Positions 18,649 through 27,193 of a stretch of 32,000 nt of DNA are shown piece after piece (within the stretch, counting starts at the first letter, position 1; each line of letters starts with the position of its first letter). The position numbers were made by a program, and so were the translations under genes. Below the pieces are notes generated by a model that saw nothing but the letters and a program-made list of their open reading frames with translations, made no database searches and was not told the DNA's origin. Location: assembly GCF_900083515.1 (NCBI RefSeq), contig NZ_LT671858.1:1530001-1562000 (forward strand), given 5' to 3'. Source of the stretch: Cuniculiplasma divulgatum (GTDB lineage: Archaea; Thermoplasmatota; Thermoplasmata; Thermoplasmatales; Thermoplasmataceae).

Positions 18649-20082
18649 ATGTCTAAAGAATTTGATTTAATTATATTCGGTAACGGAGTCGCTGCATTCT
18701 CTGCGGCAGTAAAGGCTTCTGAGGTAACTTCCCAAGGGGCCAGCATTGCGATGATAGGCACAGGGCCACTTGGAGGAACTTGCATGAATGTGGGATGTGC
18801 CCCCTCAAAATACCTTCTGGAAGCCTCTCACCAGATATACCTTCCCGGGCATCCAAAGATGAGAGGACTTCCGTCTACAAAGATTGAACACGATTTCTCT
18901 TCTATCATGGAAGGTCTTAGATCATACGTGGACCATACACGTAAGACAAAATTTGTCGACATGTTGCAGAATTACCCAAATGTAACTGTGTACGATGGAC
19001 TGGCCAGGTTCGTGGATAGTAGAACTGTTCAGATAACAGATCAGGACGGAAAAGTTAAAGATGAGATCACCGCGCCGAATGTACTGATTGCAACAGGCTC
19101 ACACCCAACCGTTCCGAATATTGAGGGTCTCATGGAAACTGGTTTCCTTACAAGTGACAGTATCTGGAACATTGGCAGCTTGCCGGAAAGCATAGCGATA
19201 ATAGGTGGGGGGGCTATAGGACTTGAGATTGGACAGGCTTTGTTGCACTTTGGTTCCAAGGTAACCATAATAGAGGCTTTGGATATAATTCTTCCACAGA
19301 GTGAACCTGAGATAGGTCAGGCGCTTATGCTCAGACTTCAGCAGGAAGGTATGAATTTCTATCTCGGAGCCAGAGTCAGTTCTGTGGGGAAAGAGTCAAA
19401 CGGACATAAATATATTGAGTTCATAACACACAAGGGAAATGAGAAAATAGAAGTCTCTGAGATAATAGTAGCCACCGGCCGTCAACCAAACACTTCAAAC
19501 CTGAATCTGGAAGCCGCAGGGGTAAAAACTGATGGTAGAGGTCTCATTGTAACCGATGCGAGGATGAAGACAACATCGAGTGGAATTTATGCCGCTGGAG
19601 ATTGTGTTTCAAAGACGATGTTCCTGGAGACCCTTGCAGTAAGGGAAAGCATCGTTGCAGTAGGCAACATGTTCGGCGAGAGTGCTGAGATCAATTACAT
19701 GTTCGCGGCATGGGCCGTATTCACGTACCCACAGGTAGCAGGTGTCGGGATGACCGAGAAGGAATTCTCCAAACTAAAAGGATCATGCTCGTGCAGGACA
19801 TCTTCATTGGCGAACACAATCTATGCCAGCATAACTGGAGAAACCGATGGAATCATAAAAATCACAATAGATCCGGAAACAAATAAGATTGTTGGAATGC
19901 ACATTTTTGCACCCAATGCAACAGATCTCATAATTGAGGGTGCATACTCCGTGAGGTTGGGACTCACATATGATGATATAGTTGCATCAGGACGTATATT
20001 TCCGTCATATTCTGAAGGAGTAAAGCTAGGGGCTCAATTGTTCATCAGGGATGTTTCTAAAGCTTCGTGCTATGTTGAATAA
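18649..20082 (+). CDS. MerA-like pyridine nucleotide-disulfide oxidoreductase paralog lacking one C-terminal cysteine
   Basis: GGTCMNVGCAPSK is intact and identity to the merA product is roughly two-thirds by eye. The C-terminus is SKASCYVE instead of SKMACCVE (TAT vs TGT). Confidence 0.85.
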   Translation: MSKEFDLIIFGNGVAAFSAAVKASEVTSQGASIAMIGTGPLGGTCMNVGCAPSKYLLEASHQIYLPGHPKMRGLPSTKIEHDFSSIMEGLRSYVDHTRKTKFVDMLQNYPNVTVYDGLARFVDSRTVQITDQDGKVKDEITAPNVLIATGSHPTVPNIEGLMETGFLTSDSIWNIGSLPESIAIIGGGAIGLEIGQALLHFGSKVTIIEALDIILPQSEPEIGQALMLRLQQEGMNFYLGARVSSVGKESNGHKYIEFITHKGNEKIEVSEIIVATGRQPNTSNLNLEAAGVKTDGRGLIVTDARMKTTSSGIYAAGDCVSKTMFLETLAVRESIVAVGNMFGESAEINYMFAAWAVFTYPQVAGVGMTEKEFSKLKGSCSCRTSSLANTIYASITGETDGIIKITIDPETNKIVGMHIFAPNATDLIIEGAYSVRLGLTYDDIVASGRIFPSYSEGVKLGAQLFIRDVSKASCYVE

Positions 20083-20321
20083 ACAGATACGATTTCCCCT
20101 TTTGTTGCTTCCAGAAATTGCCTAAAACCGCTTCCTTTGGCTATCCATATCTCATTTTGATCCTTTCCATTCTCTTTTTCTCAATCTCAATAAGCGACAG
20201 AATAAACAACAATCCAGAAATCTAATTTTTAACATACGTATGTTCAGCAGATAAATATTCAATAACAACTGTAAAAGGATAAATAGGGATTCTATTATTT
20301 AATTAAGTGGGGACATTCGTC

Positions 20322-21053
20322 TTATCTGCAATATAACTTACTCGTCTCAAATTTCCAATCAATATCAAGAATTTCTTTGAGCTTTTTATCTTCTTGAATG
20401 GCATTTTTTTCTATTTCTACTCTCTTTGCAATACAGTTTTTAAAGCCATCATATGTAACGAAAGGAATTCCGTTAAACTGCCTATTCATTAGACCCAAAG
20501 CATCTACAACGATAATATAAACAACACTTGAGCCGTGTATTTTGTCTAAACCTATTATTTCTTCTTGAAGTATAGAGCTTTTCATCGCCTCTACAGCAAC
20601 AACCGGATGTTCAAATTTACAGTAAGACTGTTCAATCCAACCGGCAACATCAACCTTTATTTTTTGACCATAATCCCACTTTTAATACCCGAAACTAACA
20701 TTCCCGTAGCCTAAAATCCCGTCCCCATCTAGTTTGTTTCTAAGCTCCTGCCTTTGCCAATTATAGAAATCATTTTGTTCGTTTTCATAATAGACAACCT
20801 CGGGATAAGTGTCAATACCTATTCCCTTAAGATTTTGAACAATCTCATTTTTAATCTGGATATGCCCCAGTGATTCTGGCAATTTGGGTTGATTGTTTGG
20901 ATAAATCCCGATTTTTTTATTCACCTTATTGATACTTCTATCAACGAGGCTATGAAGATTACTGTCCATTAAATCATTTTTATCCTCAATTTTAACATCA
21001 GCAAGATTGTCAAAACTAATGAGGATTTCTAATAACCTCCCAACAAACACCAT
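20322..21053 (-). pseudogene. hypothetical protein gene interrupted by one in-frame TAA
   Basis: ORFs 20682-21053 and 20322-20585 are in the same frame. The 96 nt between them are open (KWDYGQKIKVDVAGWIEQSYCKFEHPVVAVEA) and the only stop is TAA at 20682-20684. Confidence 0.6.
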
Positions 21054-21064
21054 AACATTTATTC

Positions 21065-21711
21065 ATGAAACACGCATGTTACTGTATGGGTGATTTACTT
21101 GATCATGCAATAAAAGAAAAATACAATTCAATGAAGATAAATGATCCATTAATATTCGTAAAGAATGCCATAGACTGGGATGCATTCACACTGATATGCT
21201 CTCTCTATCATTTGGACACTTATAAGAGTGATGATATACTGTTAATGGTATATAAGGATGGCAGATCGGTTCATTCACAAAAAAGAACAGTAAAACGTCT
21301 TTTGGATACAAGGGTCATACAATAGTTGATAATAATATTCCTGTTCCAGTAATAAGATCCTATGCTGTGTCAACAGCAAAGGATCATGACACAACCATTG
21401 ATCTTTCCAAAAGAGGAATCATCGTGTACAGAGACAGAGGATACTTCGGACATGATCCAAGGGGAATAGATGGAACAATGGATCGATCTGTGAGAAATCA
21501 TAAACTGTCCATTGAATCCATAAGAAGAAATTTAAGGATCTCAAGAAAGAGATCACTTGTTGAATATCCATATTCTGTCATTAAAAGGGTATTTCATTTT
21601 GCACATGTAATGATAACAACTGTGAAAAGAGTGAGAGTGAAATTCATGTTTGCATGTTTTGCATACAATGTACAAGCATTGAAGATCATAAATGGATGGC
21701 GTGAGCTATGA
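21065..21711 (+). pseudogene. decayed IS5-family (DDE_Tnp_1) transposase gene
   Basis: The C-terminal part (GYKGHTIVD...STAKDHD...YRDRGY...ISRKRSLVEYPYSVIKRVF...FACFAYN) is IS5-like. A frameshift lies near 21295, and the N-terminal part is far too short, which implies an internal deletion. Confidence 0.65.
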
Positions 21712-21852
21712 ATTTTTAAAGAAAATTTAAGGAGAAATAGAAGAAAAAGAGTATAATTCTGGAAGTAAATGGTTGAAATTGTTATATTTTCTCTTGAAGA
21801 AGACAAGTTTTAACATTTGTGTGGAAAATAATGTGGAAATTAGAAAACCTCT
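21702..21852 (+). repeat. copy B of the IS5-tail repeat
   Basis: It starts in the last codons of the IS5-like transposase remnant and runs to 55 nt upstream of the next operon. It is the partner of 17702-17840. Confidence 0.8.
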
Positions 21853-21906
21853 TAAGTAAATTTTTCTTTACTTATATGTATTAATTGTGGGTTGCAATTG
21901 TATATT

Positions 21907-22302
21907 ATGGCAGACGAAAAATTTATGAGGACTATGGTAAAGACAATGGCTACTATGCCAGATGAACAAAGAAGAACGATGCTGAATGACAGACTCAGAA
22001 GCTTCATCGAACTATCGGACCAGGAAAGGGAAAACGCAATGAAGTCAATGCTAGTCGCGGCCCTTTCCCTGAACGAAGATGAATATCTCAAAATAGCGGA
22101 AACTAGAACTCACGTGGTAATGTCCCTGGAACAGAGTGACAGGATGAAGCTCATGAAAACACAACTGGTCGTCGTATCATCTCTTGAACCCTCACTGAAG
22201 CAGAAGGAGATGGAAACTATGAGGAAAGTCCTTCAAAGGCTTCCTGAGCAGCAGTCTCAGATGATGAGGAAGATGCTCGCGGAGAATGGGCTGGAACTAT
22301 AG
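21907..22302 (+). CDS. Met-rich helical-repeat protein of unknown function
   Basis: About six tandem ~19-aa units of the form L-[PSNE]-[DE]-[EQ]-x-R-x-x-M-x-x-M/L. The ATG at 21907 is preferred over TTG 21892, with a TATA-like TTATATGTATTAA ~25 nt upstream. Confidence 0.65.
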   Translation: MADEKFMRTMVKTMATMPDEQRRTMLNDRLRSFIELSDQERENAMKSMLVAALSLNEDEYLKIAETRTHVVMSLEQSDRMKLMKTQLVVVSSLEPSLKQKEMETMRKVLQRLPEQQSQMMRKMLAENGLEL

Positions 22303-22308
22303 CGATAG

Positions 22309-23601
22309 GTGTTTATATTGACTGCAAGTGGATTTTTCGGTCCTTTTTCCCCTGGGACCGGAATAGGTTTTTACATTTTACCCCCTGTTCTGATTCTTCT
22401 TGCCATAACTCTTTCCATGACCCTTCCCATAACAAAAAGGGTGAAGTGGTCAACTTACAGAAGACCATTATATGTTACTGCAGTCCTGTTTGAGAATTGG
22501 ATCAGTGTTGTAGGATTAGTACTAATTCTTGTAGCACCGCCTGGAGTAGGGACCGAATCTAAGGCAATTTATTTTCTACTTACTATAATTATTTTCTGGG
22601 CTGCAACAATAGTACTGGCAAGCAAAAGGATACAGAGCAGGTTCATACCCGAGATGGGTCTTTTCAGGCCGGATCTGTTATATCCAACCGGTGCTAACCT
22701 GGCAAGGGGTGAAATATTCGCCGGACTTGGCCTTAAACTCATGCTTACCATCACCCCGGTTTCAATACATAACTTTGCATGGCTCCCCGTATGGAACTGG
22801 TGGGGTCTTTTATGGGCAGAACTATCCATGGTATTTTTGGTAGCTGTACGGGGCATGACAAAGTTGAAAGTAGTACTGATGGGGCGTATGATAAAACAGA
22901 AAATGCTTGGTTGGAGAGGAACCCTGCTCGAAGAAGGTTTCCTTTATCTTGGATTTACGGGACTTTCGTACGGTTTTCTAAATGTTTTCATGGGTTATAT
23001 CCCTTTTACAGTAGTCTATCCTAGATTTTGGCCCGGAGCACTGATTATGGTTATCGCGGCAATAATACTTATTCCGGTAAGGGGTTACCTGAAGCATAAG
23101 GTTGACAGGATAACCATGTCCTACAGGCGCACACTTGGGCTAATGGCCTTGCTATACCTTGGTGTAATGGTTCTCATGTACGGAATGATTGTAATGCTCA
23201 TGGGAAGATTCCTGGTAGTTACAACAACTCTGGGACTTGTTCTGGGGCTATTTTTACAGATACTTGGTATTAGTGTAATAGTATTTGGCAGGGCAAGATC
23301 GATAATGAATGACAGGAAAGGTATGCTGCCTCAGATGCTCTGGGTTTTATCCCATGCAGATGAACAGGACAGACAGAGAGTCATGAAAACGAGATTGGAA
23401 ATCTTTGCATCAATGAATGAAAAGGAGAGGTATGTAAACATGAAGAATATGTATGATGCCCTTATGCAGCTACCAGATGAAAATCAGTCCAAAATGCTTG
23501 GAACACAGATGATGGCACTTTCTTATCTAGAATCAGAAAAAAGGGGCAGGTGCATGCGAACAATGGATAGAATAACTTCAATGGGGGTGTCACAAGAATG
23601 A
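22309..23601 (+). CDS. polytopic membrane protein with a C-terminal cytoplasmic domain of the same Met-rich repeats
   Basis: 430 aa with ~9-10 hydrophobic helices. The last ~90 aa (ADEQDRQRVMKTRL..MNEKERYVNMKNM..LPDENQSKMLGTQMM..LESEKRGRCMRTM) repeat the motif of the upstream gene. The GTG start lies 6 nt after the previous stop. Confidence 0.65.
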   Translation: MFILTASGFFGPFSPGTGIGFYILPPVLILLAITLSMTLPITKRVKWSTYRRPLYVTAVLFENWISVVGLVLILVAPPGVGTESKAIYFLLTIIIFWAATIVLASKRIQSRFIPEMGLFRPDLLYPTGANLARGEIFAGLGLKLMLTITPVSIHNFAWLPVWNWWGLLWAELSMVFLVAVRGMTKLKVVLMGRMIKQKMLGWRGTLLEEGFLYLGFTGLSYGFLNVFMGYIPFTVVYPRFWPGALIMVIAAIILIPVRGYLKHKVDRITMSYRRTLGLMALLYLGVMVLMYGMIVMLMGRFLVVTTTLGLVLGLFLQILGISVIVFGRARSIMNDRKGMLPQMLWVLSHADEQDRQRVMKTRLEIFASMNEKERYVNMKNMYDALMQLPDENQSKMLGTQMMALSYLESEKRGRCMRTMDRITSMGVSQE

Positions 23602-23783
23602 GTGATGTGTTTGACAGGTTGCCTAAGGCCCCAAAGCTGCTATCAAGAATGGCTTGGTTGGAATATTCTACAGTAATTGCTGTTATTGTTTACTCACTAA
23701 TTATTTTCAACGAAGCTATTCTCGCTATAGGGTTAGTAGGGATATTAATCGTCTATTCCCTTCAGAGACTTGGCGCCGCCTGA
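23598..23783 (+). CDS. small membrane protein (61 aa)
   Basis: The ATGA overlap with the preceding gene implies translational coupling. Two hydrophobic segments. Confidence 0.45.
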   Translation: MSDVFDRLPKAPKLLSRMAWLEYSTVIAVIVYSLIIFNEAILAIGLVGILIVYSLQRLGAA

Positions 23784-24048
23784 AGAAATTAATATCTAAG
23801 TGTCTCTTCAACTCTTTGAGGGTAAGTTATAAACTCATATTCATTTAAATTTTTTTGAAATCTGAAGAACTTTTTAAGATTGTCGATATATTAGATTTAG
23901 AAAGTGATTATAGACCATGTTAAAAGATCTAACACTCATAATGATGACATGAGGAAGCATTTCTGACCCATAAAATACGAATTGGCTCTAATTTCTATGA
24001 TAGATGAATAGCAGGAAAAAATTAATATGCTATTAGGAATCTTCAATT

Positions 24049-24720
24049 ATGAAGAATAAAATTCTGGTAATATCTGCAATAGTTGTCGCAATCATCTTAG
24101 TGGCAGGAGGTTTGTTCTACTTTACTAACAACTATAAAGTTCAGATAAAACCAAAGACATATACAGTAACCATTGGCCAAGCTGGTTAGCCCTCAGATAT
24201 GAACTGGACAGTCTCCGAGCCAAATCAACCCTTTAAGTTTGTGAGTTCAAGTAGTTTTATTACTCTTCAACTTGGGAATGGAAAGTATAGTTTTTTACCT
24301 TTAGCGTCCCATTCCACTTACTATTCAAGTAGTATTAACATAACCGTATCTGGTTCAAATGTAACGTGTTTAGTAAGTTTTAATGCAATTCCACAATCCA
24401 TTATTGCAGTCAACGTTGACTTTAACTACTTAGGCACAACAAGTGGTTATTTCGGTCCCTCCACTCAAACATTTGCGGGTTCTAATTATGATGCGGGTTT
24501 TACATTGATAGAAGACCTTGAGCTAAAATCAAGTGCCAGTTTATTTGATCATAACATTTCAAGCATTAGAACAAACACTCCCGGTTTTTCCGTAATTAGT
24601 ATATCACCTGCTCTCCCGGTAAGTGTTTCTCCAGGTGGAACGGTAACTATTGTTGTAACTGTTCAGACCGCGCCAAGCAGATATTCGGGAGCTTTAGATT
24701 TGATTATAAATACTTACTAA
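24049..24720 (+). pseudogene. N-terminally anchored secreted protein gene interrupted by one in-frame TAG
   Basis: ATG 24049 encodes MKNKILVISAIVVAIILVAGGLF...YTVTIGQAG. A TAG at 24187-24189 follows, and the same frame continues as PSDMNWTV... (ORF 24199-24720). Confidence 0.6.
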
Positions 24721-25096
24721 AATTTCCACAGTTCCACTCTTTCACTCCCATTAGAAATTTTGACAATCAGGCTCAAACGCATGTTTTCTCTTTTTGAATT
24801 CAATCTTTACGTAAATTTTATTATATTATTAATCAATGGCTCTTCCGGATTTCAGAAAAACTAGTTAGTATGGAAATCAAAATAATATTATATTTACAAA
24901 CTAATATTTTTAATACATTTACTTGGTTTTAGCACCTGCAACGATTAATACTATAATCTATTGCTCAATTTCATAGAAAAATATCTTAAAAAATTAAAAG
25001 TAATAAATCATTGAATATTACCTAAAAAAAATAAGTAAATCTAATATTTGAATTACCAACATCCAAGATCGATTTCCTGACATTCGTAGTGCAAAA

Positions 25097-26338
25097 CTAA
25101 TCCTTTCTCATAAGAATGATGTATTCCTTAGTCATAGTATCATCAAGTTTTCCCACCTTGTTAGAAGGGCTGTTCTTTGAGGGCATTCTCTTATTTGGTA
25201 TGCCTCTTGTAAAAGTCTCAATATTTTTAAACCCATTCTTTTCAAAAAAGCATACGATGGATTTGTCAGTTGGAAGCAACACACCTGCAACCTTCCTGTT
25301 GGCTACAACATAACATGCATATCCACCACTCTTTATGGTCTTTGACACATTATTGATTGAACTCCTAAGATCTGAATAAAAGGAATACACTTCCAAAGAT
25401 CTAACATGGTTTATTCCTTCTACTTCCCTAAGACTTCTATCCAGATCCTCACATCCAAAACTAACGGGCTTTGATTTCTTTCCGCCCATTGATGCTGTAT
25501 CAACGTTACTCTTCAGGATCCCAAGCCATTCTGAAGAGAGTTTTGAATATTGACCATAGGCAACAGTGGTATGCGAATCTCCATAGGGCGGTGAAGTGAT
25601 TACGATATCTATTGAATTTTCCCTTATTTTGCTCTTTGGGATTTGATTTACAGTATTGGCAAGATATATCTTTGAGATAGGCTGATAATTGAGTTCAGCC
25701 ATCTTCCTGTGGAATGATTCATATCCTTTGAAATTCCTGACTAATTTTTCCTTCATGATGGCAAACGGATCTGGATTATAGTCTTTCAGCTTCTCTTTGT
25801 TATATCTATATAGCTTGAATTCACCTTTCCTGGTATTGGAGCTTTCCCTTATGGCCTCACTGGCAGTTGCTTCAAAGAATTTCCTGATCCTTTTGTCCTT
25901 GATCCTGCTGATATATCTTAATATCAGGCCTATGCCCTTTACTGCATTGGGCTTAAACCAGAATTCAAGGTTTTCTTTATCTATAATCTTTGGCGTTCCC
26001 TTTGGAAACATTGTAAATTCAACAAAACGGTCTATTTCGTTGCTTAAATCAATGGGTTCCATATGATATTCTGTCTTTGCCTCTGATATTAGTTTAGCAA
26101 GCGGGTTAATGTCGGTTCCAATTACGTTTAATCCTGCCAATAATCCTTCTACCAAGGAGCTGCCAGAACCACAGTAAGGATCAAATAATAAATTCCTCTC
26201 TTTCTCTTCCAGCATTCTTATTATGTTTCTTGGAATTTGTGGGATCATCCTTGCTGGGTAATCGTGGTATATATGGGTGTATTCCCTAGTATTCTCATTA
26301 AGAAATGTCCAGTCCCTTTCCTTGATCTCTTCTATCAT
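25097..26338 (-). CDS. DNA methyltransferase (N4-cytosine/N6-adenine class, SPPY motif)
   Basis: Motif I is FDPYCGSGSSLVEG near the N-terminus. Motif IV, IVITSPPYGD, lies ~180 aa later. It overlaps the upstream endonuclease gene by 4 nt. Confidence 0.85.
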   Translation of the reverse strand: MIEEIKERDWTFLNENTREYTHIYHDYPARMIPQIPRNIIRMLEEKERNLLFDPYCGSGSSLVEGLLAGLNVIGTDINPLAKLISEAKTEYHMEPIDLSNEIDRFVEFTMFPKGTPKIIDKENLEFWFKPNAVKGIGLILRYISRIKDKRIRKFFEATASEAIRESSNTRKGEFKLYRYNKEKLKDYNPDPFAIMKEKLVRNFKGYESFHRKMAELNYQPISKIYLANTVNQIPKSKIRENSIDIVITSPPYGDSHTTVAYGQYSKLSSEWLGILKSNVDTASMGGKKSKPVSFGCEDLDRSLREVEGINHVRSLEVYSFYSDLRSSINNVSKTIKSGGYACYVVANRKVAGVLLPTDKSIVCFFEKNGFKNIETFTRGIPNKRMPSKNSPSNKVGKLDDTMTKEYIILMRKD

Positions 26339-27072
26339 AGCTTCCCCATTTTTGGTATTATCCTATCTCTATATGCAAAGCAGTCTTGAATGTTTCCCTC
26401 AAGCACTCTAAATGCTGTGCCATGATCATGAGGTTTTCCTTCATTTTTGCTTCCCTTTGGGTAGATTCCAAGCCTTAGCTCAACCTTTACAATGCCATTG
26501 CTGATAAGGGTTATAAATCTTTCAAATGAAAAGCCCATCAAAACCCATGCCTCATTGTAGTTGAATTCCTCATTCATCTTACTTCCCCTTTTATCAGCCT
26601 TCACAAGCAAAACTCTATACATTTTTAATTCAAAGGATTTCTTAAGTGTTTCATAATCCCATCCGCCATAGATCTTTCCATGAATATTCACAATGTCAAT
26701 TCTGTCAGGAGTAACAGCAAGCTTTAATGAAGGAATGCCTTTGATCTCAGTTGTTCTATTTCCATAAAGATCCACATGGAGATTCTTCTTTGTCGGATCA
26801 TTAACACTCTGGTAGCCGTAATCATCCAGCAGATTTTTTATGGACTCGCCAGGTTTAGGGCTCTTTGTAAAGAGGGTTATCATTGATGATGAATCTTTCC
26901 GTATGGATTTTAATTCCACCTTCTCTCCATTTGGCCCTGGAAAGTTGTTTTCTTGTATTCCCAATAGATCTTCAAGTGTTTTGCCTATGCCAGTATCATG
27001 GGTTCGATTTGAATGGATCCATTGGTTGCTGATTTCATTTAGTCGATCAACCAATTCGTTAAAGCCTTTCAT
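26335..27072 (-). CDS. type II restriction endonuclease, MvaI/BcnI family
   Basis: 245 aa. TGIGKTLEDLLG, ELKSIRK..SSMITLFTKSP and KPHDHGTAFRV match remembered conserved blocks of MvaI and BcnI (~240 aa enzymes). Confidence 0.7.
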   Translation of the reverse strand: MKGFNELVDRLNEISNQWIHSNRTHDTGIGKTLEDLLGIQENNFPGPNGEKVELKSIRKDSSSMITLFTKSPKPGESIKNLLDDYGYQSVNDPTKKNLHVDLYGNRTTEIKGIPSLKLAVTPDRIDIVNIHGKIYGGWDYETLKKSFELKMYRVLLVKADKRGSKMNEEFNYNEAWVLMGFSFERFITLISNGIVKVELRLGIYPKGSKNEGKPHDHGTAFRVLEGNIQDCFAYRDRIIPKMGKL

Positions 27073-27193
27073 TTGGTTGTGTAATGGATAAATGTATAAT
27101 ATAATTACTAGAGGTTAGATATTAGCATAGATGCTCATATGCTTTAATACCCCAAATCTTATAGGTTATAATAGCAAAAGAAAATAGTGTGAA

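Noticed and set aside
24187-24189. In-frame TAG as a possible pyrrolysine codon, since Pyl-using methanogens exist in the Thermoplasmata.
   Set aside because: Nothing in the window suggests Pyl machinery or methylamine metabolism. The other two interrupted genes use TAA, and the codon sits where paralogous motifs have Leu (TTG). A nonsense mutation is the simpler explanation.
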